Shown here piece after piece: positions 16,475 through 26,148 of a DNA stretch of 64,000 bases. A model generated the notes under the pieces. The model ran no database searches and had not been told where the DNA came from. It saw nothing but the letters and a program-made list of their open reading frames with translations. This DNA is from a virus (Duplodnaviria; Caudoviricetes), in the IMG/VR virus record IMGVR_UViG_3300005546_000003, positions 9,617 through 73,616 of that record, one strand, 5' to 3'. The position numbers were made by a program, and so were the translations under genes. The number at the start of each line of letters is the position of its first letter. The stretch's first letter is position 1.

Positions 16475-16653
16475 AGCAAAAAGAATTTGAAAAACTCCAA
16501 ATTGGGGATCGGGTGACTAATATTGCTGCTCTTAATGGAGTTATAGTTACCCACAGACTGGAAGATTCTAGAGGTCATGTTACCTTCTTAGGCATCCTGC
16601 CGGTAAAGATTGATCGGGCAGCTGGGTGGGCGAAGATTAAGAGAAAGAAATGA
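16471..16653 (+). CDS. hypothetical protein
   Basis: ATGA overlaps at both ends. Confidence 0.55.
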   Translation: MKQKEFEKLQIGDRVTNIAALNGVIVTHRLEDSRGHVTFLGILPVKIDRAAGWAKIKRKK

Positions 16654-17636
16654 GCAACGAAAAAGCACAGCCAGTCCCAGCGGAGCCAAAGCGTCACGCA
16701 TTCGCCAAGCCAACATCATCCGAGCCGCTTGGGTGCATTCAATGCGGACTCCCTGCGTCAGCAGAAGTACATTGGGCACCGTGGATTTGTGGTGACTGCG
16801 GGAAGCCAAGAGCCATGACGATAACAGCGACCGCCGCCGACTTTTGCTGTCGCTACTGCTTTTCAACTAAAGGTATCGCTCCAGTACATCAGCCAGCAGG
16901 CGAGCTACTACCGCCCGTTCCCGAGAAGCCGCCGCCCGGCGGGAGAAACGGACACCAACACCAATGGGGATACGTTGACGTTGATCCGCGCTTTGGGCAT
17001 TCGTACTTTCGCTGTGCTGACTGCCTGTTAGCGGTGTTGCCGCCATCGTCTAAGCCAGCAGCCGAGCATGAGGGAGGGCCGCGAGAGGAAGTGGAACCAT
17101 GTCCGTTTTGCATAACAAAAGGTAAGCCGTTCGCGTGGGAATCCCGCGATCCCAAAGCCAATAATCGCATCGTTTGGTGCATCGCCTGCGAAGTGTGCGC
17201 CTGTGAGGGGCCGGAAGCGGACACGGAAGGTCAAGCAGTTAAGCTATGGAATACCCGCGCCCGTCCTTCTCCAGCCGCCACCCTTTCACCTTCAGAAGCA
17301 GCACGGCGAGCGGCAGAGCGGATCGGCATGTTTACGATGGACGATCTCAGTAACGACGAGATCGCGTCCATTATCTCTGCGGAACTAGATAAAGAGACCG
17401 AGCTTTACAACGAAGACGGCAGTTATACGCCCGTAGCGCAAAACATCTGGAATCATTCGGCTGACGTGGCGCGACGGGATGCGTTTGATGAAGCGATTGC
17501 GGCAGTACCACCGTTAATTCCCAAGTACGACGAGTTTGATAATTTTCACCCCAGCGGCAAGGACATTGATCCTCGATACGCGTCAGGATGGAACGCAGCT
17601 ATTGCCGCTTTAGAAGCTGCAAAGGAGAGCAAGTGA
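16650..17636 (+). CDS. multi-zinc-ribbon protein with Lar/Ral-like restriction-alleviation motif
   Basis: PCPFC...VWCIAC...QAVKLWNTRA plus CIQC, CGDC, CRYC, CADC. Confidence 0.6.
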   Translation: MSNEKAQPVPAEPKRHAFAKPTSSEPLGCIQCGLPASAEVHWAPWICGDCGKPRAMTITATAADFCCRYCFSTKGIAPVHQPAGELLPPVPEKPPPGGRNGHQHQWGYVDVDPRFGHSYFRCADCLLAVLPPSSKPAAEHEGGPREEVEPCPFCITKGKPFAWESRDPKANNRIVWCIACEVCACEGPEADTEGQAVKLWNTRARPSPAATLSPSEAARRAAERIGMFTMDDLSNDEIASIISAELDKETELYNEDGSYTPVAQNIWNHSADVARRDAFDEAIAAVPPLIPKYDEFDNFHPSGKDIDPRYASGWNAAIAALEAAKESK

Positions 17637-17845
17637 CACCAGAAGAACATAGAGACGCCGCCACTGATGCGATGAATCGCGGGCTTGGCAAAGTAGAAGT
17701 TGCAACCTATCACGCGACGATGGGCGTCTTAGAAGCCCTCTTGCAAATGGATACCTGCGGACACGGCACACGCGGATTCTGTAAGGACTGTTTTTGGCTT
17801 GAGTTTAGACAATGGCCGATTATGGTAAAGGAGCAAACCAAGTGA
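17633..17845 (+). CDS. hypothetical protein
   Basis: SD AAGGAG, GTGA overlap; CGHG...CKDC. Confidence 0.55.
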   Translation: MTPEEHRDAATDAMNRGLGKVEVATYHATMGVLEALLQMDTCGHGTRGFCKDCFWLEFRQWPIMVKEQTK

Positions 17846-18168
17846 GAGGCACCAATAAAAAAGCAACAGTTATTGACATAAAGCTTGAGTCTATTATTGT
17901 GGACTTTAGTGAGCAAGAGCAAGTTAAGGCTATCATGGATGGGGTAGTTAAGGAGCTTACTAAGGCTTTTGCTGCTAGGATAGAAGAGCTAACAGATAAG
18001 CCGACTCAGATTACAGGTCATGTAAAGTGCTACGAAGCGTTGCTGTGGGATGAGATACTGGATTTGACTGGTGGAGCTATGCGGGAGGTTGATAAGCCAG
18101 AGGAAAGTGCCGCTGAGGCTGAGCGCTGGCCTAATGTTATTGGGGGAGGGGATGAGACGGAGGAATAA
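17812..18168 (+). CDS. hypothetical protein
   Basis: 118 aa, acidic C-terminus. Confidence 0.55.
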   Translation: MADYGKGANQVRGTNKKATVIDIKLESIIVDFSEQEQVKAIMDGVVKELTKAFAARIEELTDKPTQITGHVKCYEALLWDEILDLTGGAMREVDKPEESAAEAERWPNVIGGGDETEE

Positions 18169-18171
18169 AAA

Positions 18172-18387
18172 ATGGTTGCGATAACTGGACAAGAAGCTAA
18201 CTTACTACTCTACCTCTTCGATGCTACCTACAGAGTCGATAATCAAGGGAAGGTCGATAAACTGATGACCAACTTTAGTGTGGGCTTCCCCAGTGGGCAT
18301 CCAGTCCAACGTCCTAGTCAGTTTGAACTACAAGCCCTGAGAGATAAGCTATTTAATGGACATGAGCATCCAGAGGAGGGAAGTTGA
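18172..18387 (+). CDS. hypothetical protein
   Basis: SD GGAGG. Confidence 0.6.
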   Translation: MVAITGQEANLLLYLFDATYRVDNQGKVDKLMTNFSVGFPSGHPVQRPSQFELQALRDKLFNGHEHPEEGS

Positions 18388-19172
18388 TCTATCTTTACAA
18401 ACGCAATACCGGAATGGGCAGGCTGGCTAGGAAGTTGGGAATTAGTGTAGCAATTAGGTCTCAAACTGGAATGGCTGGGTTTGCAGCCGTTGGCCGAAGA
18501 TACATTACTGATCCAGGCGTTAATTGGGGCTGCGGGAGCCAATTTGTTGACTTTATTGGGAATGGAAAGCTACTTAATGGCAATCTTAACCTAGCTCTCA
18601 GCAAACGTCGGTCTTTTGAAGCCTTCGAGAAAGCTGGCCTGCCGTATCCACGATGGAGCAATAACTTCGCTGAGTTGCGCAAACAAATAGGCCCAGACCG
18701 AGACATCCTACACCGAGTAGACGGCCAGCATGGGGGGAGCGGGATTGATATTATTCGGGCCGGAACTAACCCAGTCACCCTGACGCCTCAAGAGCGCTCC
18801 TTTTTTGTCGAGCGCCTTAGCTATCAGCGAGAAGCTAGAGTTCACGTCTGGTGCGATGAGATTATCGCCACTCAAGTCAAGCTATTGGAGCCGGGAAATG
18901 GGAATCCGATTCATAGCTTTGATGTTGGGAATGCCAGCTTTACGACTAAGCTGGAGGGCAGGCTTGAGCCAGCCCTAGCTACCAAAGCTGGAGAGCTTGC
19001 TAGGGCTGCTGTTAAGGCGCTGGGGTTGGACTTTGGAGCAGTTGACCTGATGCTAACCAAGCGCAGCAAGCTTTATGTACTGGAGGTCAACACAGCCCCC
19101 GGCATTCGGAGCAAGAGCATCGAAGATGCTTATAGTTATGGGCTAGGGAGATTGAAGAAGGAGAGAAAATGA
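18384..19172 (+). CDS. ATP-grasp peptide ligase (RimK/YheC-D-like)
   Basis: NWG, SKRRSF, GSGI, REARVHV, LGLDFGAVD, VLEVNTAPG. Confidence 0.88.
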   Translation: MIYLYKRNTGMGRLARKLGISVAIRSQTGMAGFAAVGRRYITDPGVNWGCGSQFVDFIGNGKLLNGNLNLALSKRRSFEAFEKAGLPYPRWSNNFAELRKQIGPDRDILHRVDGQHGGSGIDIIRAGTNPVTLTPQERSFFVERLSYQREARVHVWCDEIIATQVKLLEPGNGNPIHSFDVGNASFTTKLEGRLEPALATKAGELARAAVKALGLDFGAVDLMLTKRSKLYVLEVNTAPGIRSKSIEDAYSYGLGRLKKERK

Positions 19173-19426
19173 CCAAAATAAAGATTTATGGGGACGATGA
19201 GCCTAAACCAGAAAAGATTATCAACTTGAGATTGCGTCGGCTGTTTGCAGGATCAGGCAGGTCAGTTGTGTCTCTTGATGTAGTCTCTGAGTCAGGCGAA
19301 TTAATAAGCAGCATCTTGGAAGTGTCGGTAGATGGGGTTCGCTTGACTAGGTATGGAGCTGCTTCACGGAGTGGGCTTCCAATGGACCCCGCTAATCCGA
19401 ATCAAGTTAAGTTAATTGCTAGTTAG
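19169..19426 (+). CDS. hypothetical protein
   Basis: SD AAGGAG, ATGA overlap. Confidence 0.6.
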   Translation: MTKIKIYGDDEPKPEKIINLRLRRLFAGSGRSVVSLDVVSESGELISSILEVSVDGVRLTRYGAASRSGLPMDPANPNQVKLIAS

Positions 19427-19437
19427 GGAGTCAAGCT

Positions 19438-20373
19438 TTGCACGAACTAGAAGGTCCAAACTGTAAACTCTGCCACGGAGACCCTATGAAGTTCCTAGTA
19501 CCGCTTCGGGCCTGGGAATCCAAGCTGGCCGGAGAAATGGAAAGTCTCCGCTTGGTAAGCTTGGAGCTCGAAGCCACCAGTTCTGGCACCAATGCTAAAC
19601 CCTACCCTGACGCTAAGTGGGGCAGCAGCAGGATGCCCAGCTTGACTCCAGCTGTTTATGCTTGCTTCAAGAAATGGGGAGCTACCATAGGGCGAGACCG
19701 AATTGGCCCAGCAGGGTTTGAAATCTGCACAGCTCCAGCTCAGGGCTTAAAGTTCATCCGGCAAATGAAGGATTGGGAAGAAGCATTTGAAGCTGATAAG
19801 ATTTATGTTACCAAGGAGCATGGAGCCCATGTTCACACCGATGCTAGGGACTTTTGCATGGCCGAGCTAAGGAACCTAATGATGCTGTTTCGTAGCATTC
19901 AGCCTGCGTTGTTTAGGATGGTTCCAAAAGCTAGAAGGCTGCCTTATAGCGAAGGTGGGCCTTGTGGGAGGATAAAGTATGAGCCAGAGCTGGTAGAGAA
20001 GCTTGTGGCAGCGGATACGCCAAAAAAGATAGCGAATTTCATGGCTGCGAGGTTTTTTGATAGCGGTTATACTTCCGTAAATCCTCTTGCCTACGACAGA
20101 CATGTTGGGTGCAACATAGCCTTTAGCTTCCGAGCCCACCGGACAGTGGAGTGGAGGCTCCCTCCTGGCACGGTTAGCTCAACTGATATGATTGGCTGGG
20201 CCAGAATGTTTGCCAAGATAATGGATTATGCCAAGCAAATGGAACCGTCTGATGCCGAGGCTTTAGTGAAGCGCGGGTGGACTGGTAAGCGCTCTATAAC
20301 CTGGCTCTGGGAAGTGCTGAATTCGGAGCGCTGCGTTGAGTTTATTGAACAAAAACTAAAGGAGAGTAAGTGA
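19438..20373 (+). CDS. putative amidoligase (COOH-NH2 ligase superfamily)
   Basis: SLELE, GFEICTAP, GAHVHTD, VNP, TVEWR. Confidence 0.8.
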   Translation: MHELEGPNCKLCHGDPMKFLVPLRAWESKLAGEMESLRLVSLELEATSSGTNAKPYPDAKWGSSRMPSLTPAVYACFKKWGATIGRDRIGPAGFEICTAPAQGLKFIRQMKDWEEAFEADKIYVTKEHGAHVHTDARDFCMAELRNLMMLFRSIQPALFRMVPKARRLPYSEGGPCGRIKYEPELVEKLVAADTPKKIANFMAARFFDSGYTSVNPLAYDRHVGCNIAFSFRAHRTVEWRLPPGTVSSTDMIGWARMFAKIMDYAKQMEPSDAEALVKRGWTGKRSITWLWEVLNSERCVEFIEQKLKESK

Positions 20374-22112
20374 GTTTAGTTACTTATTTCGCTGCTGCGC
20401 GAAGACTTGGCACGGCGGTTTGGTGTGTATGCCCAGTTTGTATTCTTGCTAGAAGGGTTACTCCTAGGCCTCTTTTGCTATGCCCTAGGTGTGGGCGAAA
20501 TCCAGCTGTCATTGATACTTTCTGCAACCATTGTAGCGAATGTTGTGAATGTTATGTATGCGAAGGCTGCAACGTTAGGGGTTTAGATCCTGATTTTGGC
20601 TGCATGGAGTGCTTTAGGTGTCCTTTTTGTGGCTGCATTTGTGACGGGAGCAATGGAGCTGCTAGAGAAGCTGGACTTGAAACCCCGCATCGACGCCGCC
20701 GGAGAGCTTTTTCTCCAACCAGAGCCAAACAGCTCAAAGCTGCCGCAGAAGGAGCTCAAGTGCGCCGGAGTCCAGCTAAGCTGGTAGATGATGAAGAAGG
20801 TTCAAGGATGGAAAATGACGCGGGAGTGACGTTTCATCTAGCAGGTCGGAAGGAATTCAAATGTAATCCACTGCAAAGGTTCTTGAGTGTGGAGATCGAA
20901 GTAGCTGAGCTGAGCGGCGAGTATCGGGGGATTAATGTACTGGGCTTGGATACCAAGACTCTGGAGATAAATGAAGTTGTCGAGCGCTGGCGCGGACAGC
21001 TGGTGAGGGACATTAGCTTACCAAGGGGTGGATTTGAAATAAACTCGGCTCCAGCAAATGGAGATAAATTCATCCAACAACTTGAGGAAATAACTCGGGT
21101 GCTGAGGAAGTTTGGAGCTAGTTGCGAAAATACTATGGACCCCGAAAAGCGAGTCCAGCCTTGTGGCCTGCATGTGCATGGGGATGCTAGAGATTTTAGC
21201 TATTGGGACTTAAGAAGGTTCTTTATGCTTTATGCTTTTCTGGAGCCCACGTTGTATAAGATGCTCCCAGGGTGGAGACGGAACTCTCATTACGCCCAGC
21301 GTTGTGGGGTTAAGCTCTTGAAGCTGGTGCTAGCAGGTAAGCCATTGAAGCCAAAGGATAGAAAGAAGCTCAAGCAAAGCGGGCCGGGGCAGGTTAAGGC
21401 TGGCTTAATAGCTGAAACCTACCAAGACCGCCTGCCAGCTATGCAGGACAAACGCTCCTGTCCACAAGAGGTGAGGTACCGGGCGCTGAATACTCATGCT
21501 TGGTTTTATCGGGGAACCTTGGAGTTCCGACATATGTATGGAACTGTGGAGCTAAGCGAGATGCTCGGCTGGGCTATGTTGGTTGGGAGTATACTTGACC
21601 TAGCTTATAGGATGCCTGAGGCCTGGATAGCTCAGTTGCCGAAGAGCGGGGAAAAGCCAGAGGAGTTGCTCAAAGCGCTGGCCTGTAATGACATGGTGGA
21701 AAAGTTTATTGATCAACAGCTGGGTAGGTTTGCTGGCGAGCTAGATGATGTACCAGAGAGCCCGATTCTGGGTCGGGTAGAGCGAAGTCGTAGGCGAACG
21801 ATAGCTGATGTTCCACCGCAGCTTGTAGTTGATGCATCTAGGCTTTATGCGGGAACGATGGCTACTGGGGGTGAGATGAGCTGGTCTAGCATCCGAGCTT
21901 CGGACCTTCCATTACCACCAGATCCAGAAAGCTTGGCTCAAGCCGCCGAAAGACAAATAGCAAGTGAACTGCAAGCTCGGGCCCGAGAGATTTTAGATCA
22001 AGCCCAGCAAGCCCAGCAATCTCAAGCTCAAGCGTTGCAAGCTGAAATTGATAGCTTGCTTGATGATATGGAACCAGAATTTGACCCAGAAGTCGAATTT
22101 CTTGATGATTAG
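20370..22112 (+). CDS. putative amidoligase with Cys-rich N-terminal extension
   Basis: SVEIEV, GFEINSAP, CGLHVHGD, RYRALN, TLEFRH; 18 Cys in first ~91 aa. Confidence 0.85.
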   Translation: MSLVTYFAAARRLGTAVWCVCPVCILARRVTPRPLLLCPRCGRNPAVIDTFCNHCSECCECYVCEGCNVRGLDPDFGCMECFRCPFCGCICDGSNGAAREAGLETPHRRRRRAFSPTRAKQLKAAAEGAQVRRSPAKLVDDEEGSRMENDAGVTFHLAGRKEFKCNPLQRFLSVEIEVAELSGEYRGINVLGLDTKTLEINEVVERWRGQLVRDISLPRGGFEINSAPANGDKFIQQLEEITRVLRKFGASCENTMDPEKRVQPCGLHVHGDARDFSYWDLRRFFMLYAFLEPTLYKMLPGWRRNSHYAQRCGVKLLKLVLAGKPLKPKDRKKLKQSGPGQVKAGLIAETYQDRLPAMQDKRSCPQEVRYRALNTHAWFYRGTLEFRHMYGTVELSEMLGWAMLVGSILDLAYRMPEAWIAQLPKSGEKPEELLKALACNDMVEKFIDQQLGRFAGELDDVPESPILGRVERSRRRTIADVPPQLVVDASRLYAGTMATGGEMSWSSIRASDLPLPPDPESLAQAAERQIASELQARAREILDQAQQAQQSQAQALQAEIDSLLDDMEPEFDPEVEFLDD

Positions 22113-22177
22113 GAGAAAGAAACAGACAAGACCTAGAGGCGCATGCCTTTGGGCATAGAGAAGGGAGCGGTACGGCG

Positions 22178-23719
22178 ATCTGCGGGATACTCGGTTGGCA
22201 AAGAGGCTCAAGTAGCAAACTAACTCATGAGCAACTAAAAATAGCGCTTACAGCTATGATCATCTACATGGACGTTAGAGGAGGAGACTCTTGGGGCGCG
22301 GTTGCTGATGGAGACATAGTAAAGGGGAAAGGTCTAGCTACCTTTGGGGCGGATATTGAGAAACTAGCTAGGGCCCAGACGCTGATACTTCACACCCGCA
22401 AAGCTACTGTGGGGGCTGTAACTGCCGAGAACTCGCACCCGTTTGTGTTTGGAGACTTCACTGGGGTGCATAATGGCTCGGTTAGCAATTATCGAGCCCT
22501 AAATGCGAAGCTTCATCGAGATCTGGATGTGGATTCGATGCATATTTATGCTCATATGGCCGAGGGGAGAGACCTAGGGGAGCTTTCAGTGCGGGGGGCT
22601 ATAGTTTATCTTGATGCCAAGGAGCCAGAGAAACTGTTTCTGGACAGACTTAGCTCTGGTTCGCTTTCTATTGTTGGCGTGGAGAGCTTGAAGGCTCAAA
22701 CTGATGTCTTCTTTGCCAGCACCCCCAGCGCGGTTAATGCGGGGCTCACAATGGCAGCGGTGCCAAAATGGTTTCCTTATACTACCAAAGACAACATTCG
22801 ATATCATGCTGTTAACGGCAGGTTGTTTCATGATACACCAAATGTTGACCTGGGGTTCGGAAAAAACGTGCTGGATTTTCAATATGGGGCCGTCAGCAAG
22901 ACAGGATATTACTCCTCTACTGATAGAGATAGCCGGGCAGCTGGGTATACATCAAATTTTGTTACTCGAAACTTCATAGCTGAAGCTCGGCGCGCTGGAT
23001 ATTTGGAGGCTTATTACGGCAACGATAATTGCAGCGATTGCAGCATCACAGCCGCAGTGAGGGCCAAGGCCACTGGTTTTCTATATTGCACTTATTGTTG
23101 GCTCGCGTATGAGAAGCTGGGTTTTTTCGCCAAGAGTCAGCAGCAGAAGGGAGAACCGGAGGGGGACCCGCTCCCAGCTGGGGCTATTAGTGAAGATATT
23201 ACCTGTGAGTGGAACTGCGATGATCAACCGGCGAGTTGGTTGGTAGGGTGGCAGAACTCTGGCTGGCTGGTTTGCACACAATGTAAGGGTTACGTGGACG
23301 CTCCGGGGACTATGAGCAATGGGTCTTGGGTGATGGAGTTGAGTGATTTTAATGTCACGGCAGATGTCAGGTCAACCAATAAGTGCTTCTGCGGCCTACA
23401 TGCTGGAGTGGCGCATTACAGGTCAACCACTGAGGGCAAATTGCTGTGGTGTTGTCAGGCTTGTTTGAAGAATGAGATAATGGTAGACTTAGGCAACGAG
23501 CCGGAGCCAAAATCAAAGACCGATGCGGAGAAGCGGGAGAAAATGAGAGCTCATCTAGAGATCGTGCCGCCTCCTGTTGCGGATGATCATAAACCGCTTG
23601 GGACTACTGGCAAGCTCTCTGCTCGGAAGGATGGAATAGTCCGGCACAATCGGGTCGGCGAAGCTGGTTGGGGAGAAATGATAAATGATCTATTCAAACG
23701 CGGAGGGAGAGAACATTGA
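22178..23719 (+). CDS. class II (Ntn) glutamine amidotransferase with Cys-rich C-terminus
   Basis: In-frame CGILG at 22181 upstream of the listed ATG; RG.DSWG, HTRKAT, NSHPF, HNG, VDS; start proposed at ATC 22178. Confidence 0.85.
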   Translation: MCGILGWQRGSSSKLTHEQLKIALTAMIIYMDVRGGDSWGAVADGDIVKGKGLATFGADIEKLARAQTLILHTRKATVGAVTAENSHPFVFGDFTGVHNGSVSNYRALNAKLHRDLDVDSMHIYAHMAEGRDLGELSVRGAIVYLDAKEPEKLFLDRLSSGSLSIVGVESLKAQTDVFFASTPSAVNAGLTMAAVPKWFPYTTKDNIRYHAVNGRLFHDTPNVDLGFGKNVLDFQYGAVSKTGYYSSTDRDSRAAGYTSNFVTRNFIAEARRAGYLEAYYGNDNCSDCSITAAVRAKATGFLYCTYCWLAYEKLGFFAKSQQQKGEPEGDPLPAGAISEDITCEWNCDDQPASWLVGWQNSGWLVCTQCKGYVDAPGTMSNGSWVMELSDFNVTADVRSTNKCFCGLHAGVAHYRSTTEGKLLWCCQACLKNEIMVDLGNEPEPKSKTDAEKREKMRAHLEIVPPPVADDHKPLGTTGKLSARKDGIVRHNRVGEAGWGEMINDLFKRGGREH

Positions 23720-23925
23720 GTGATATTAGCGCGAGATTTGATTCCCCGATTGAGAATTCCTTGAATGGCCCAAAAGTTACCCTTCAAACGGCCCCTGACC
23801 GTGTTGCCATATTGTTTAATCGTGGTGATGTAGTAGGGCTCATTGAACAACTTGAAGCAGCCTTGAGTGAATGGAGAGTGTACGACAAAAAGCGGCTGGA
23901 ACATAAATATGAGACAATATTATGA
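23716..23925 (+). CDS. hypothetical protein
   Basis: overlapping stops/starts. Confidence 0.5.
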   Translation: MSDISARFDSPIENSLNGPKVTLQTAPDRVAILFNRGDVVGLIEQLEAALSEWRVYDKKRLEHKYETIL

Positions 23926-24152
23926 CAAGAATCTACGGGAGCCTAGCGAGCCACAAGGGACACGGAGTGGAGCTGGCTGGAGTTGGGAGTCAACTGGTGC
24001 TACAATGCTTGGAATGCGGAGTGGTGCTGATGGAGATTGAAACTAAACTGGTAGTGGTTGCTAGTCCGGCTTGCCGGAGGTGTGAGCTGGTGCCGATTGT
24101 GGAGAGCTGCGGAGAATGTGAAGGTGGGGATGAGCGAGCGGTTGGGGAATGA
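23922..24152 (+). CDS. small zinc-binding protein
   Basis: CLEC, CRRC, CGEC. Confidence 0.55.
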   Translation: MTRIYGSLASHKGHGVELAGVGSQLVLQCLECGVVLMEIETKLVVVASPACRRCELVPIVESCGECEGGDERAVGE

Positions 24153-24462
24153 GAAATTTACAATACTATTAGACATTGATTTAGATACTTTGGGCCTTAA
24201 TTTTGAGAATCAGGGGCATGTTGATGTTGCGGTTGACCTCAGCGACCCAGCTTTTGAAGAACAGGTCTTGAGCGCGGCTGGTAGGTTTCGGGCCCTGAAG
24301 CGCAAAACCCGAGCTGGAGCCCATGCTAGGCCGGTTATTTGTGGCGAGTGTGGGGAAAGGTTGCCTAGGACTGAGGACTTGGGGCCGCATAGGTTGGTTT
24401 GCGAAGGACAAAGCGGCGAAAAGCTGTTTACCCATACAGGATGGAAAGATGAGCGAAGGTAG
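24130..24462 (+). CDS. hypothetical protein with C2H-type zinc motif
   Basis: CGEC...H...C. Confidence 0.5.
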   Translation: MSERLGNEKFTILLDIDLDTLGLNFENQGHVDVAVDLSDPAFEEQVLSAAGRFRALKRKTRAGAHARPVICGECGERLPRTEDLGPHRLVCEGQSGEKLFTHTGWKDERR

Positions 24463-24501
24463 TGATAGACCTATTGCTCTTTTAGTCTTTGTTGTGCTAC
24501 T

Positions 24502-25719
24502 ATGCGCAACATGGCACAGACCCTAGAGTTTCCAGCCCAGCGCATCCAGACAGTTAGTGAAATTGCAGCCCAAGCTAAGTGGGCCAAATTGACCCAGGAG
24601 TTCCGTAAATGGTTCCATGAGCCAGATATAGGGGCTTTTCAGATAGCCTTGGCGGTTGCAGTTACGCATTATTTCAAGAAAGATCAACCCGTTTGGCTCA
24701 TGATTTTAGGAGCGCCAGGATCTGGAAAAACAACCATGATTAACATGATTGATGCTCTGGATGAGGCGAGACAGATTGATGACCTTACACCTAAGACCTT
24801 GCTAAGTGGCTTCAACTCTGGCAACTCTTTGCTGCATCGAATCGGTACAGAAGATGACCGGAGTGCTATCTTACTTATGCCCGATTTTAGTACAATCGTC
24901 AGCATGAGGGACGATAGCAAGCGGGAACTGGCGAGCCAGTTTAGGCGGGTCTTTGACGGCAAGATGAACAAAGAGGTTGGGGTAGGCCGGAGCTTGGAGT
25001 GGGAAGGCAAGATTACGATGATTGTGGCGGCTACTCCGGCTGCTGAGAGAGCTTGGAGCGTTATGCGGGACCTAGGCGAGAGATTTATGCAAGTCCGGTG
25101 GCCTAGAGGGGATGGGATTGAGCAAGCTAGGGCTGCTACTACACAAATCGGTGAGGAACAAGCTATAATGGAGCGCCTGCGCCGGATGACTAGAGATTTT
25201 GTTGACCTAGATTCAATGGCCAAGCAGATAGCTAGGGGGGAGATTTGCAAGACTCTGCCAGATGTGGTGGAGAGCGGGATAGCTCCAATGGCTGATATGG
25301 TGGCTCATTTGAGGGGGCATGTTCATAGGGATAGGTGGGACAAGGAAATACTGGAGGTTCAGGAGCCAGAAGGGCCAACTCGAATCATGAAAGCCATGAG
25401 CCAACTAGCGAGGGCTAGTGCGGCTATGTTTCGGAGGGCTAATGTTGAGCGGAGCGACTTGGCCTTGGCTAAAAGGCTAGGGCTCGATTCGATACCCCAA
25501 GCTAGAAGGAATATTCTCAGCCATTTGCTCAGAGAGGAAAAGGGTTGGGCAACTCTAGTGCGAGCTACTGGCCTGCCGCCGACTAGCATGACGAAGAGTT
25601 GTGAAGATATGGTAGCACTGGGGATACTCAAGGTTGAGGATAAGGTCGAAAAGACCTATAGCCTCAGCGAGAAATTTGCGGAGCTTGTTGCTAAAGCGGC
25701 TCCGGTTTTGAATAGCTAA
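24502..25719 (+). CDS. AAA+ ATPase, MCM-like, with C-terminal winged helix (putative replicative helicase/initiator)
   Basis: Walker A GAPGSGKTT, Walker B LLMPDFS, IVAATP sensor, ERF arginine finger, C-terminal HTH. Confidence 0.7.
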   Translation: MRNMAQTLEFPAQRIQTVSEIAAQAKWAKLTQEFRKWFHEPDIGAFQIALAVAVTHYFKKDQPVWLMILGAPGSGKTTMINMIDALDEARQIDDLTPKTLLSGFNSGNSLLHRIGTEDDRSAILLMPDFSTIVSMRDDSKRELASQFRRVFDGKMNKEVGVGRSLEWEGKITMIVAATPAAERAWSVMRDLGERFMQVRWPRGDGIEQARAATTQIGEEQAIMERLRRMTRDFVDLDSMAKQIARGEICKTLPDVVESGIAPMADMVAHLRGHVHRDRWDKEILEVQEPEGPTRIMKAMSQLARASAAMFRRANVERSDLALAKRLGLDSIPQARRNILSHLLREEKGWATLVRATGLPPTSMTKSCEDMVALGILKVEDKVEKTYSLSEKFAELVAKAAPVLNS

Positions 25720-25731
25720 AGGAGAAAGATT

Positions 25732-26148
25732 ATGTCAAGTGGAAAGTGGGTTTTACTGGGCATGGCAGTAGTAGTGCTTGTCATTGGCCTTTGGGTACTC
25801 AATCGAACGGTCTTTGTTGGTACCTCGCTAGTAGAGAAAGCTACCGACCCCGACAAGATCATCAGCAACTACGAAGAATTCCAGACCATCTGGAACACTT
25901 GCCAGAAACTTGACGCAGACTTAAAAACTATCTGCGACACACCAGACGCCGACCCGATGTTCGCTCAGTTCAGTAAAAGCGCAATGGTAGCCCAGAAGCG
26001 TCAGAAGATGACTCGCTGGGTCCAGGAATACAATGCCAAGAGCAAGATGGTTACGAGGCAATACTGGAAAGCTGCTAAGCTGCCCTATCAGCTAAGTGAG
26101 GAGGACTTTCCCAACTACAACTGCAACAACAAAGGAGATGGAAGATGA
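25732..26148 (+). CDS. membrane-anchored hypothetical protein
   Basis: N-terminal TM; QEYNAKS..V...YW..LP. Confidence 0.7.
   Translation: MSSGKWVLLGMAVVVLVIGLWVLNRTVFVGTSLVEKATDPDKIISNYEEFQTIWNTCQKLDADLKTICDTPDADPMFAQFSKSAMVAQKRQKMTRWVQEYNAKSKMVTRQYWKAAKLPYQLSEEDFPNYNCNNKGDGR

Noticed and set aside
22143-22223. Frameshift from the short ATG-22143 ORF into the GATase
   Set aside because: No canonical slippery heptamer, and the product would bury the catalytic Cys
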